Positions 37,579-47,423 of a stretch of DNA of 64,000 nucleotides are shown here, one piece after another. Numbering within the stretch: position 1 is the first letter of the stretch; every line of letters begins with the position of its first letter. A model generated the notes under the pieces. That model had not been told where the DNA came from, searched no databases, and saw only the letters and a program-made list of their open reading frames with translations. The translations under genes and the position numbers were made by a program. Location of the stretch: the NCBI GenBank assembly GCA_039630085.1, contig JBCNVM010000001.1, forward strand, positions 128,001-192,000, read 5' to 3'. This DNA is from Candidatus Caldarchaeales archaeon. Lineage in GTDB: Archaea > Thermoproteota > Nitrososphaeria_A > Caldarchaeales > Calditenuaceae.

Positions 37579-38256
37579 TCACGGGTCCAGCTCGGCGCGG
37601 CCGACCAAGAGCCTCCCCGAGTAACCGTCCCAGGTGCTCGTCCATTCGAGGAGCTTCAGCCTCTCCCTGAAGGTCGGCGCCCAGAGGACCAGCGTCTCGT
37701 AGTCGCCTCCCTCGCCGTCGGGGTCGAACCCGAACCTCTCCGACCGGGCCAGGAGCTCCCTCAGCGCCTCCGAGTCGATCCTCCTGCCTATCCAGCTTCT
37801 GTCGAGGCCGTGCGCGGAGACCGAGGAGACGACGACCTCGTAGCCCCTCCTCACCGCCTCTCCGACGACCGATCCCGGGGGCATTCCCCAGTTTGGGGCG
37901 ACGTGTTCGAGCCCGACCTCCGCCAGCATCGCGTCCATCCTCGACTTCTGGTAAGCGCTCCTGATCACCCCCGTTACCACCCCCTCTAACCCCAGAGGCC
38001 CCGCGAGCCTCGAGAGGAACTCCCCGAGGGCCTCGACCTCCCTCTCCTTCCCCGGCGGGACCTTGACGAACCTCTGCGGCAGGCCCATAGAGCGGGCCTG
38101 TAGCGGCGTGACCTCCAGGCAGACGTCGTGGAAGGCGTAGGAGTGGGGCTCTGGCAGGACCGTGACCAGCTCGACGACCTCGTGTCCCGCGGCCAGCGCC
38201 TTCTCGAGGGCCAGCGTCGAGTCCTTGCCTCCGGTGAAGAGCGCGACGACCCGCAA
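37579..38256 (-). CDS. dph6: Diphthine--ammonia ligase (PP-loop)
   Basis: LFTGGKDS, DPDGEGGDYETLV. Confidence 0.85.
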   Translation of the reverse strand: MRVVALFTGGKDSTLALEKALAAGHEVVELVTVLPEPHSYAFHDVCLEVTPLQARSMGLPQRFVKVPPGKEREVEALGEFLSRLAGPLGLEGVVTGVIRSAYQKSRMDAMLAEVGLEHVAPNWGMPPGSVVGEAVRRGYEVVVSSVSAHGLDRSWIGRRIDSEALRELLARSERFGFDPDGEGGDYETLVLWAPTFRERLKLLEWTSTWDGYSGRLLVGRAELDP

Positions 38257-38335
38257 CCCACCCGAGTCCCCTCTCCGCCGAGATAACGTTAGCAGCCGTT
38301 GCAGGCTTAAGTGCGAGCTGCTATTGGTCGCTGGG

Positions 38336-40834
38336 ATGAGGACGTATCCCTACGCGAGGCCCGGAAGGGACTTCGCCTATCCGGAGTACGGCTCGGTCTA
38401 CCCGCAGGACCGCGGCTACGCGGTCAAGCACGTCAGGCTTGAGCTCCGGATCGACTTCGATGGCAGGAAGCTCTTCGGCGAAGAGGAGATCACGGTCGTG
38501 AGGAACGGCGAGAGGCCGGGCCCGATCGTCTTGGACGCGTGCGAGCTCGAGATCAGGAGCGTCACGGTCGACGGCGCCGAGGTCCCATGGCACTACGACG
38601 GGAACTCGCTCTCGGTCGAGGTGCCTGGGAGGGAGGCGAAGATCAGGGTCAGCTACGTCGCGGTCCCGAGGAAGGGCTTCCACTTCGTCGGCCCGGACCA
38701 GGCCAACCCCGACAGGCCTCCCCACTGCTGGAGCCAGGGCGAGACCGACTACAACAGGTACTGGATGGTCCTCTACGACCACCCTTCGGTGAAGCAGACC
38801 TCCGAGCTGATCGTCCGTGTCCCGAGGGGGATGGTCGCGGTCTCCAACGGCGACCTGGTGAGGCACGAGACCCTCGACGGCGAGGAGGTCTGGCACTACA
38901 GGATGGACGTGCCCCACTCCGCGTACCTGATCAGCGTCGCGGCGGGTCATTTCGAGGTCATCGAGGAGGAGCACAGGGGCGTGAAGCTCCAGTACTTCGT
39001 CCCGAGGGGGTGGAAGGACAGGGCACACCTTTCCTTCGGGAAGACCGCGAAGATCGTCGACTTCCTCAGCGAGTACCTCGGATACCCGTACCCGTACAGG
39101 AAGTACGCCCAGGTTGCGGTCAGCGAGTTCATCTTCGGGGGGATGGAGAACACGACGGCCACGACGCTCACCGACCTGACCCTCCACGACGAGAAGGCCC
39201 ACGAGGAGTTCTCCAGCGACCCGCTAGTTGCCCACGAGCTCGTCCACCAGTGGTTCGGGGACCTGGTGACCTGCAGGGACTGGCCCCACATCTGGCTGAA
39301 CGAGAGCTTCGCCACCTACCTCGAGAACCTCTTCGTCCTCCACGACAAGGGCAGGGACGAGTTCGTCTACGAGGTCCTCAGGGACATGGACGCGTACCTC
39401 CAGGAGTACAGGGACAAGTACGCGAGGCCGATCGTCTCGAGGGTCTACAGGTACCCGACGGAGCTCTTCGACGGCCACTCCTACCCGAAGGGGGCCCTCG
39501 TCCTCAACGCGCTCAGGGGACTGATAGGCGACGGGGCGTTCAGGAGGGCGCTGGGCGAGTTCCTGAGGAGGTACGCGTATAGGGTGGTCGACACGGAGGA
39601 CTTCAGGAAGGTCGTTGAGGAGGTCTCCGGGAGGAACCTCGAGCTCTTCTTCGAGCAGTACGTCTACAACGCAGGGCACCCGGTCCTCTCGGTGGAGGAG
39701 GAGTACGACCAGCCGACTGGGACGCTGAAGCTCAGGTTCAAGCAGACGCAGGGCGAGGACTCGCTCCCCGAGTACTGGATACCGCTGAAGGTCCTAGTGA
39801 GGCTGAAGGGAGGGTACAGGGAGTTCAGGGTGGAGCTCAGGTCGAAGGAGGAGGTCGTGGCACTTCCGGTCCCGGAGAGGCCCGAGTGGGTCTGCATCGA
39901 CCCGCACCTCGAGTCGTTCGCGGTCCTCGAGAGGAAGCTCGGCGACGAGGTTTGGATCAGGATCCTCAGGGAGGACGAGCACACTTACTGCAGGCTCCTC
40001 GCGGCGAGGGCCCTTGGCAGGATAGGGAGCGCGAAGTCGATCGAGGCCCTCCACCAGGTCCTCACCGACGGCGAGGCCTTCTGGGGGCTCGCGGCCGAGG
40101 CTGCGAAGGCCTTGGGCGCGACGAGGAGCGAGATGGCGAAGGAGCGACTCCTCTCGGCGCTGAGGACGGTCAGGAGGCCGAAGGTGAGGACCGCGGTCTG
40201 CGAGGCCCTCTCGAACTTCAGGGGCAGGGACGTTGCGGAGGCCCTGAGGTTGGTCCTCGGGGACGCGAACGAGGGCTACTACACGAGGCAGGCTGCGGCC
40301 ACGTCGCTGGGCAAGGCGGGGGACGAGTCGGACATCGACGAGCTGACCGCTCACCTAGAGGACCCCTCGCACAACAACGCGATCACGATCGGTTGCCTGA
40401 GGGGCATGTCGGAGATCGGGGGCGAGAGGGCCCTCGAGGTCGTAATGAGGTACACGATGCGCGACAAGCCCAGCCACGTGAGGGCCGCGGCCGCTTCGCT
40501 CCTCGGCAGGTTCCCGGGGAGGAGGGAGGTGATCAGGAGGCTCGAGGAGCTCGCGTCCGACGAGAGCTACAGGGTGAGGAGGGCAGTTGTGGCGGCCTGC
40601 GCCGAGCTGGTCACGCCGAAGGTCCTCCCGATACTGAACAGGCTCGCTGAGTCGGACCCGTACGAGATGGTCAGGAGGGACGCGAGGGACGCCGCGGAGA
40701 GGGTCAGGAAGTCCCTCGAGCGCGGGACCGAGTACAAGGTCCTCAGGGAGGAGCTGGAGAAGGTGAGGGAGGAGAACAGGAGGCTCGTCGATAGGATGGC
40801 CGCGCTCTCGAGGCTCGTCGAGCTGAAGGGCTGA
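38336..40834 (+). CDS. M1 aminopeptidase with HEAT repeats and C-terminal coiled coil
   Basis: GGMEN, HELVHQW-x18-E, SYPKG; ATG at 38336. Confidence 0.93.
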   Translation: MRTYPYARPGRDFAYPEYGSVYPQDRGYAVKHVRLELRIDFDGRKLFGEEEITVVRNGERPGPIVLDACELEIRSVTVDGAEVPWHYDGNSLSVEVPGREAKIRVSYVAVPRKGFHFVGPDQANPDRPPHCWSQGETDYNRYWMVLYDHPSVKQTSELIVRVPRGMVAVSNGDLVRHETLDGEEVWHYRMDVPHSAYLISVAAGHFEVIEEEHRGVKLQYFVPRGWKDRAHLSFGKTAKIVDFLSEYLGYPYPYRKYAQVAVSEFIFGGMENTTATTLTDLTLHDEKAHEEFSSDPLVAHELVHQWFGDLVTCRDWPHIWLNESFATYLENLFVLHDKGRDEFVYEVLRDMDAYLQEYRDKYARPIVSRVYRYPTELFDGHSYPKGALVLNALRGLIGDGAFRRALGEFLRRYAYRVVDTEDFRKVVEEVSGRNLELFFEQYVYNAGHPVLSVEEEYDQPTGTLKLRFKQTQGEDSLPEYWIPLKVLVRLKGGYREFRVELRSKEEVVALPVPERPEWVCIDPHLESFAVLERKLGDEVWIRILREDEHTYCRLLAARALGRIGSAKSIEALHQVLTDGEAFWGLAAEAAKALGATRSEMAKERLLSALRTVRRPKVRTAVCEALSNFRGRDVAEALRLVLGDANEGYYTRQAAATSLGKAGDESDIDELTAHLEDPSHNNAITIGCLRGMSEIGGERALEVVMRYTMRDKPSHVRAAAASLLGRFPGRREVIRRLEELASDESYRVRRAVVAACAELVTPKVLPILNRLAESDPYEMVRRDARDAAERVRKSLERGTEYKVLREELEKVREENRRLVDRMAALSRLVELKG

Positions 40835-40839
40835 AGGGC

Positions 40840-41148
40840 TCACCGGTCGATCGGGATCCTGTTGACGGCGCCGCAGTTGCCGCACGTGACCACCACGCAC
40901 CTCGTCCTACCCCTCTTCACCCTGAACCTGGAGCCCTCCGTGAACCTGTAGAGCGAGATGCACCTCCTGCAGATCAGCCTCGAGTACCTCCTCGGCATCC
41001 CGGTCCTCGTCCTCCTGCAGAGCTCGACCGCGTGTCTGACCGCGGCCCTCCTCAGGACCTCGTCGTCGGTGCGCAGGGCCAGCTCCATCAGCCTCTCGAC
41101 CTCCCTCAGGACCGTTCTGCTCCGCTCCCTCGCCGCGTCCCTGGTCAA
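40840..41148 (-). CDS. rpp21: RNase P protein Rpp21
   Basis: ICRRC...VVVTCGNCG.V.R.P. Confidence 0.8.
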   Translation of the reverse strand: MTRDAARERSRTVLREVERLMELALRTDDEVLRRAAVRHAVELCRRTRTGMPRRYSRLICRRCISLYRFTEGSRFRVKRGRTRCVVVTCGNCGAVNRIPIDR

Positions 41149-41208
41149 GCCCGCCGGTCCACCGCGACCGCGCCTCCGCTTTATTAGGACCCGGGGCCTC
41201 GGACTCCC

Positions 41209-41394
41209 GTGCCGAGCGTCAGGGTGATAATTCTGCCGAGCTGCACGTCCTGCAACAGGTCGATAACGCCCGAGGAGAAAGCCGTGAGGTTCCCGTGCCC
41301 GTCGTGCAACAGGGTGACCATCTGGAGGTGCGAGGTCTGCAGGGAGCTCTCGAGGACCTACGTCTGTCCAGTCTGCGGCTTCGAGGGTCCGTGA
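41209..41394 (+). CDS. Small Zn-ribbon protein typically found upstream of aEF-1beta
   Basis: Four CxxC motifs, ends CPVCGFEGP. Confidence 0.88.
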   Translation: MPSVRVIILPSCTSCNRSITPEEKAVRFPCPSCNRVTIWRCEVCRELSRTYVCPVCGFEGP

Positions 41395-41396
41395 CC

Positions 41397-41666
41397 ATGG
41401 GCCGGGTGCTCTACGTCGTAAGGGTCATGCCCGCCGACGACCAAGTCGACCTCGAAGGGCTTCTGGACGCGATAAGGGACTCCGCGCCCGAGGGGGTGAT
41501 CGTGAGGAGCGCTAGGAAGGAGAGCGTCGCCTTCGGGCTCGAGAGCCTGCTGATCGCCTTCTCGCTCCCGGAGAGGGAGGGGGTGACCGACCAGCTCGAG
41601 GACTTCCTGAGGTCCCTCGAGGGCGTCGGGGAGGTGACGGTGGAGGCCCTATCGAGGGAGGGCTGA
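41397..41666 (+). CDS. ef1b: Elongation factor 1-beta
   Basis: RVMPAD, ESVAFGLESL; ATG at 41397. Confidence 0.88.
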   Translation: MGRVLYVVRVMPADDQVDLEGLLDAIRDSAPEGVIVRSARKESVAFGLESLLIAFSLPEREGVTDQLEDFLRSLEGVGEVTVEALSREG

Positions 41667-42521
41667 CTACCTCCTCATGCGCTCGATCGTCTTCTCGACC
41701 ATCATCCCCGCCAAGTCGAAGCCCGTGACCCTGACGGTGTTCCTGAACTCGACGACCGCGTTCACCTCGCTGACGTAGAGCCTCCCGTCCGGAGACTCCA
41801 TCAGGTCGACCCCGAGAATTCCGCCGCCCATCGCGTCGCCGGCCCTTATCGTCAGGTCCACCAGCTCCCCGGTGAGCTCCGCGGGCTCGGCCCTGCCTCC
41901 GAGCGCCGTGTTGGTCTTCCACCTGCTGCTGTACCGGTAGATCGCGACCGGGACCTCTCCCCAGACGTAAAAGGCCCTGATGTCCCTCCCGGGCTTGTTC
42001 ACGAACTCCTGGATGTAGTGGACCTTGAAGTAGGGAGATGGCATCGACTCCCTGAAGTCGATGATGTCGAGCAGGTCGTCCTCGCTCAGGGCCCTCGCCA
42101 TCATCCTGCCCCAGCTCCCGAAGATCGGCTTCACGACCACCGGATACCCGAGCTCCCTAGCGGCCTCTACCGCCTTCTGCCTCGAGAAGGCCACGCAGGT
42201 CCTCGGGACTGGGACGCCGTTCGCCGAGAGCCTGATCGTCGTCACCAGCTTGTCGCCGCAGTCCCTGATCACATCGTAACGGTTGACCACCTCGACCCCC
42301 TCGCCCTCTAAGAGCGCCGCGCTGGAGAGGGCCCTGTAGAAGCTCACGCACCTCTCGAAGGCGAAGTCGACGCCGTCGGCGAAGCCCGCGGAGGAGTCCT
42401 CGACCTTCACGACCATCGAGGGCACGTAGAGCGGCACTAGCTCGTGGCCCCTCCTCCTAATCGCCTCGACGATCTGCCTCTCCTCGTCCCGGACGACGTC
42501 GTAGGCTATTCCTATCCTCAA
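41667..42521 (-). CDS. lysX: Alpha-aminoadipate--LysW ligase (ATP-grasp)
   Basis: KPIFGSWGR, RWKTNTALG, EVNAVVEFRNT (LysX-type signature). Confidence 0.88.
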   Translation of the reverse strand: MRIGIAYDVVRDEERQIVEAIRRRGHELVPLYVPSMVVKVEDSSAGFADGVDFAFERCVSFYRALSSAALLEGEGVEVVNRYDVIRDCGDKLVTTIRLSANGVPVPRTCVAFSRQKAVEAARELGYPVVVKPIFGSWGRMMARALSEDDLLDIIDFRESMPSPYFKVHYIQEFVNKPGRDIRAFYVWGEVPVAIYRYSSRWKTNTALGGRAEPAELTGELVDLTIRAGDAMGGGILGVDLMESPDGRLYVSEVNAVVEFRNTVRVTGFDLAGMMVEKTIERMRR

Positions 42522-42536
42522 GCCCCGCTTACCCTT

Positions 42537-42710
42537 CTACTCTCCCCAGTCCTCCGCGACCTCCTCGGCCATCTTCAGCCTCGGCCTCTCGCCTTCGAGG
42601 TAGTACTCCAGCTGTGCGCCGCAGGACCCGCACTCGAAGAGCTCGCCCTCGAGGGCGTCGTCGGGCACCTCCACCTTCCCGTCGCAGACCGGACAGCTGA
42701 GCGACCTCAC
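42537..42710 (-). CDS. lysW: Amino-group carrier protein LysW (absent from the ORF track)
   Basis: CPVC...CGSC and C-terminal EDWGE, 57 aa. Confidence 0.95.
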   Translation of the reverse strand: MRSLSCPVCDGKVEVPDDALEGELFECGSCGAQLEYYLEGERPRLKMAEEVAEDWGE

Positions 42711-42858
42711 GCCACGACCACCTCGCGCGGTCTCGACACGTCCCGCTCATAAACGTAATGTCCTTCCGATATCCGCTAATCTTCAGCGCAGAGACCCGAG
42801 GGACCCACGTATGTATGGTACGAATACCACACTGAATTTCCGAATAACGTCAGAGCGT

Positions 42859-44163
42859 TCAGAACCTAAGGACGAGGCCCTTCTTCTCGAGGCTAATGGC
42901 CTCGAAGGGGATGGAGAGCTCCCTCGCGATCCTGTACGCCTCCGCGATCTCCTGAGCCGTCGGGTACCGGGCTATGTCGGAGAGCCTCGGGTCGAACTCG
43001 GGCGACGTCGGGTCGGCGAAGCAGTCGGGGTGGTACTGGTCCATGACGTTAACGAGGGTACCGGGCATATTCCTGGCGATCCACTCTAGGACCGGCCTCG
43101 TGCAGCACTCGACGTGGTTGGGCATCACGAGGTGCCTTATCACGATGTCCTCGCCCCACTCGTAGATCGCCCTGTGGTTCGCGGTCACGGTCTCCCAGTA
43201 CCAGGGAGTCCTCGCGAGCCTTATCGAGCACTTGTCGTTCCCGAACTTGAAGTCCGGGAGCCAGATGTCCACAAGCTCCCTGAGCAGCTCGAGCGTCTCC
43301 GGCGTCATGTACATGTTCGAGTTCCAGAGGATCGGGACGTTGAACTCGCCGTCGATCGAGTACCTCTCCCTCGGGAGCCTCCTCCACCTCAGGTAGTCGG
43401 GCTTCATCAGCCACATGTAAGCGAGGTCCTCCTTCTCCGGGACGACCTTCCCTAGCATCGATATCGCCTCGACGATCGTGTGGAGGTGGACGGTGGGCTC
43501 GCCGCCGACGAGATTGACGTTGTGGCAGCCCTCGACCCTCAGCTCCCACATCATCTTCGCGAGGAGCTCCGGCGTCACGTCGAGGCCGTTGTCCTTGTCC
43601 TTGCTGATGTCGCCGTTCTGGCAGAACCCGCACCTCATGTTGCAGGAGGTGAAGAAGACGGTCCCCGAGCCGAAGGTTCCCCTGATCGGGAGCTCCTCGC
43701 CGAGGTGGTGAAAGTAGCTGCTGACCTTCGAGGTCCTCGCGAGCATGCAGGTCCCGAGCTTCCCTCCCGAGACCCTGTCGACCCTGCACCTCCACCTGCA
43801 GAAGGTGCAGGACCTTAGCGTCCTCCTCACGATCTCGACCTTCAGGTCCATCAGCGACGGCGAGGCCTCCTCCAAGTCCCTCAGCCTAAGCACGCCCTCC
43901 CTCACCTCCCTCTGGAGAGACCTGAACTCCTCAGCCCGCCTCCTGTGCTCCCTCCAGAGCTCCTCGGTCGTCGACTCGGGCCCGAACTCCGCCGGTATCC
44001 TCCTGCAGATCAGGTACTTCGCCGGGAGCTCGTTGTTCGCGACCCTGTAGTACCAGTCGAGCCTCTCCCTTACCTCCTCTAGCTCCCAGATCCAAAGCGA
44101 TTGAAACGCCATTCCTTCCGGTCCTGCTACGCGTTCGTCCAATAAAGGAATTTCCTGCCCCAC
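42859..44163 (-). CDS. Radical SAM protein, PflX family
   Basis: CTFCRWRC, GSGTVFFTSCNMRCGFCQN, RHLVMPNH. Confidence 0.88.
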   Translation of the reverse strand: MGQEIPLLDERVAGPEGMAFQSLWIWELEEVRERLDWYYRVANNELPAKYLICRRIPAEFGPESTTEELWREHRRRAEEFRSLQREVREGVLRLRDLEEASPSLMDLKVEIVRRTLRSCTFCRWRCRVDRVSGGKLGTCMLARTSKVSSYFHHLGEELPIRGTFGSGTVFFTSCNMRCGFCQNGDISKDKDNGLDVTPELLAKMMWELRVEGCHNVNLVGGEPTVHLHTIVEAISMLGKVVPEKEDLAYMWLMKPDYLRWRRLPRERYSIDGEFNVPILWNSNMYMTPETLELLRELVDIWLPDFKFGNDKCSIRLARTPWYWETVTANHRAIYEWGEDIVIRHLVMPNHVECCTRPVLEWIARNMPGTLVNVMDQYHPDCFADPTSPEFDPRLSDIARYPTAQEIAEAYRIARELSIPFEAISLEKKGLVLRF

Positions 44164-44280
44164 TAATATGTCAACGACTCCGAGCCCCGATGAGGGGCGG
44201 CTCTTCTCGTTTATCCAAAGCCCTCATTAGCGTATTGATCAATTGTCTCTCTATTCCCTCAACCGACCACTGTCCAATTG

Positions 44281-44335
44281 TGTAGACGATTGTATATTAT
44301 TGTATGTAGCATATTACAAGAATTACGTTTAATAA
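44281..44335 (+). promoter_or_regulatory. AT-rich promoter with phased TGTA repeats and TATA box
   Basis: TGTAGACGAT TGTATATTAT TGTATGTAGC; TTGTA-N10-TACAA at 44300-44319; TTTAATAA near 44328. Confidence 0.55.
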
Positions 44336-44372
44336 TGCACTAAGTGTAATTTTTGTTGAGGGGAAGGGGGAA

Positions 44373-45872
44373 ATGTCCCAAGGTCAGACCCTCAGCAGGA
44401 GAGCTTTCCTCCAGGGTCTGGCCGCAGGGGTCGTTGTCGGCGGTGTGGGCGTAGGTGGGACGCTGACGGCACTGCGAATGGCTGAGCCCGTTTACTGGAA
44501 GATGCCGGAGAGGTGGGACCTCGAGGCGGACGTCGTGATAGCGGGGTTCGGCGTGGCCGGCGCGTCCGCGGCGATCGAGGCGGCCGAGAACAAGGCCTCG
44601 GTCCTAGTCCTCGACAAGTCCCCGACGCCGGGTGGCAACAGCGTGATGTCCGGCGGCAACATGGGGGTCATTAACTCCTCGGCCCAGAGGGAGAAGAACC
44701 TCGTCATGGAGGTGGCCGCCTGGAACCGCAGCGTCACCCGCGTGATGAAGGAGACGCACTGGGAGCAGGTCTTCCCGACGGAGAGGGACATGAAGTACAT
44801 GGAGAACTGCGGCAAGGAGGTCGGAGACTGGCTGAGGAACTTCGGCATCGAGTACGAGCTGGTCATCCCGACGCTCATTAGGAACAAGGGCGGAGGTCCC
44901 GGCCTGACATCGACGCTCCAGAAGGCCGCCCGGGAGAAGGGAGCTAGGGTCGAGACGGAGTTCAAGGTCACCCAGCTCGTGGCGAGGCCCGACAACAACA
45001 TGGTTCTGGGCGTAGTCGGAGAGAAGGGAGGGAGCAGGCTGTTCGTTAAGGCGAGGAGGGGCGTTGTGCTCGCCACAGGGCCGTTCTCAGCCAACAAGGA
45101 AATGCTCAAGCTCCACAGCCCGATCGGATATCACGCGCTCCCGATCACGGCGGCGGTCAGCACGGGCGAGGGTCTGATGATGGCTCAGGCGCTGGGAGCG
45201 GCGGTCGCGAACCTCCACCACATCAGCGGGTTCCCGGCGATACCCAAGGTCAACGCTAGGTTCAGACCACAGGGGATCTCGGCGATCTTCGTCAACGAGA
45301 AGGGCTACAGGTTCGTGAACGAGGCGGAGCACTTCGAAGTCCTGAACGACAGGATCTTCTACCAGCCGGGGCACCGCGCGTGGCTGATCACGGACAGCGA
45401 GCAGCTGAAGAAGAGCACCGGCAAGGGGATCAGCACTGCCCTCTCCGAGGACCTGGCCAAGGAGGTCGAGCAGGGGATAGTGATCAGGGCGCCGACCCTG
45501 GAGGCACTAGCGGACGCAATCAAGGTCCACAAGGAGAACTTCCTGAGGACGGTCAGGACCTGGAACGAGTGGGCCAAGACGACCAAGCGCGACCTTGACT
45601 TCGGGAGGGCCGACTCGCCGGCGTTCACCTTCTCGCCGATAGAGAACCCGCCCTTCTACGCGGTGGAGCTGGTCCCGAGCATCTCGGGGACCAACGGAGG
45701 CCTAGTCGCGGACGGGGAGTCCAGGGTCATCAACGTCCACGGCAAGCCAATACCTCGCCTCTACGCAGCTGGTGACATCGTCGCGGGAGGCTTAATCTCG
45801 CACCTCGGCGAGGCCATATTCTTCGGGAGGATCGCCGGGAGGAACGCCGCAAGGGAGCAACCTTGGGCCTAA
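44373..45872 (+). CDS. Tat-exported FAD oxidoreductase (flavocytochrome c/fumarate reductase flavoprotein family)
   Basis: SRRAFL Tat motif, GFGVAG, VVLATG, RFVNE, TNGGL, LYAAG. Confidence 0.88.
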   Translation: MSQGQTLSRRAFLQGLAAGVVVGGVGVGGTLTALRMAEPVYWKMPERWDLEADVVIAGFGVAGASAAIEAAENKASVLVLDKSPTPGGNSVMSGGNMGVINSSAQREKNLVMEVAAWNRSVTRVMKETHWEQVFPTERDMKYMENCGKEVGDWLRNFGIEYELVIPTLIRNKGGGPGLTSTLQKAAREKGARVETEFKVTQLVARPDNNMVLGVVGEKGGSRLFVKARRGVVLATGPFSANKEMLKLHSPIGYHALPITAAVSTGEGLMMAQALGAAVANLHHISGFPAIPKVNARFRPQGISAIFVNEKGYRFVNEAEHFEVLNDRIFYQPGHRAWLITDSEQLKKSTGKGISTALSEDLAKEVEQGIVIRAPTLEALADAIKVHKENFLRTVRTWNEWAKTTKRDLDFGRADSPAFTFSPIENPPFYAVELVPSISGTNGGLVADGESRVINVHGKPIPRLYAAGDIVAGGLISHLGEAIFFGRIAGRNAAREQPWA

Positions 45873-47350
45873 ATCCCCGTAAACAAGCATCGTTTTTTTA
45901 TTTTGTCCTTAATGTAACACTAGTGCTATTCATAGTATCGCATGGACTTCTGTACGGAGCTTCAGCACAACAGACCGTCATCAAGGCCTATAGGGCTGAG
46001 GTGGTGCCGCAGATAGACGGCGTCGTGACGGAGGGCGAATGGGACGACGTTCCCCTCTTCAGGGAGACCGTGACGAGGGCGCGGATCGCCTTCAAGCACG
46101 ACGGCCAGAACCTCTACTTCCTCGCTGTCTACGAGGACGCGAGCCCGAAGCCGATCGACTATTACGCGTTGGAGTTCGATCCGGACGGCGACCAAGCGCA
46201 CATGGGCAGCGAGGAGGTCCCGGACTACGGGATAATCGTCAGCGCGGTCTACGGGGAGAACCACGCGAGGGAGGCGGTCCTGCCGGGTGCGGTCAAGCCG
46301 ATACTCTACGAGGACCTGGGGCTGAGGACGACGGCCGTCGCGAGGATGTCCTACCGGGAGGGCAAGTTCGTCGTCGAGCTGAAGCGGCCCTTCTCCAAGG
46401 ACGAGAGGGGAATGATGGAGCTCTCGGTGGGTAAGTCGATCGGCATAGGGTTCGCGGTGGGAGAGTTCGGGATGGGGATAGACCACAGGGCCACCGACAT
46501 GTCGACGTACGTGCTCGCGATCGTCGACGAGCGGTACGCTGGCGAGCCGATCGCGGAGGCCTTCGACCTCTACGGGCTCGTTTACACGTACGGGCCCTAC
46601 GCCTGGCTCGCGGCCCTGGCCGGCGTCGTGGCCCACTTCGGCAGGAGGAGGGCCTGGAGGGCCCCGAACTACGAGCGGTGGACGTTCCTCGAGAGGCACC
46701 ACTGGTCCGCGAGGCTCTCCCACTGGATCAGGGTGGCCGTGCTCGCGGTCATGATAGTCACGGGGTGGGGCATCACGGTCAAGCAGGCGCCCCTCGGGGC
46801 CCTGACCAGGGACGTCCACATCTGGGTCGCATTCGTGATCCTGTTGGCGGACCTCCCGCTTCACATCTACTCGATGGCCAGGGGCGAGTACAGGCACCTC
46901 CTGATGATCAACAGGGACGACATCGAGGTGACGATCACGATAGCCAAGAACTTCCTCGGGCTGACGAGGGCCTACCCGCCGCACGCCGTCTACGACCTCG
47001 AGTCAGGGGACTACTACATGGGGAGGAAGTACTGCTCCCTGCAGAAGCCGCTCGGCTGGTTCTACTTCGCCTCGATGCTCCTCATGGGCCTGACAGGGTT
47101 CGCGCTGGCCTACCCGTCGCTGTTCCCGTGGGTCTTCGCGCTGATGGGGGGAGGGCTGAACGTGAGGGCCGTGCATCTGCTTCTGTTCTACCTCTTCACG
47201 GCCGTCTTCTTCGTCCACGTCTACCTCTCGCTGATCCCTGCTAACTGGAACAGGCTCAGGGCGATCGTGCTGGGGAGCTGCAGGGTGCCGGTGCTAACGG
47301 CCAAAGAGGCTAAGGCCCTCGAGGAGGTCGCGGAGGTTCCCAGATCCTGA
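45863..47350 (+). CDS. DOMON-like heme-binding domain fused to di-heme cytochrome b (FdnI/Ni-hydrogenase cyt b type)
   Basis: Signal peptide; PQIDG...EW, DGQNLYF, VVELKRP; TM histidines RLSHW, DVHIW, PLHIY, AVHLL, FVHVY. Confidence 0.78.
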   Translation: MGLNPRKQASFFYFVLNVTLVLFIVSHGLLYGASAQQTVIKAYRAEVVPQIDGVVTEGEWDDVPLFRETVTRARIAFKHDGQNLYFLAVYEDASPKPIDYYALEFDPDGDQAHMGSEEVPDYGIIVSAVYGENHAREAVLPGAVKPILYEDLGLRTTAVARMSYREGKFVVELKRPFSKDERGMMELSVGKSIGIGFAVGEFGMGIDHRATDMSTYVLAIVDERYAGEPIAEAFDLYGLVYTYGPYAWLAALAGVVAHFGRRRAWRAPNYERWTFLERHHWSARLSHWIRVAVLAVMIVTGWGITVKQAPLGALTRDVHIWVAFVILLADLPLHIYSMARGEYRHLLMINRDDIEVTITIAKNFLGLTRAYPPHAVYDLESGDYYMGRKYCSLQKPLGWFYFASMLLMGLTGFALAYPSLFPWVFALMGGGLNVRAVHLLLFYLFTAVFFVHVYLSLIPANWNRLRAIVLGSCRVPVLTAKEAKALEEVAEVPRS

Positions 47351-47423
47351 GGAGAAGGGCTCCCCCTGATGACCCTCGCCGTTCTCCTCTTTCCCGCAGA
47401 TACGGGAGCGGTGACCCTTCGGC

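Noticed and set aside
42529-42750. 73-aa ORF listed in the track upstream of lysX
   Set aside because: Wrong frame; the real gene is lysW at 42537-42710.
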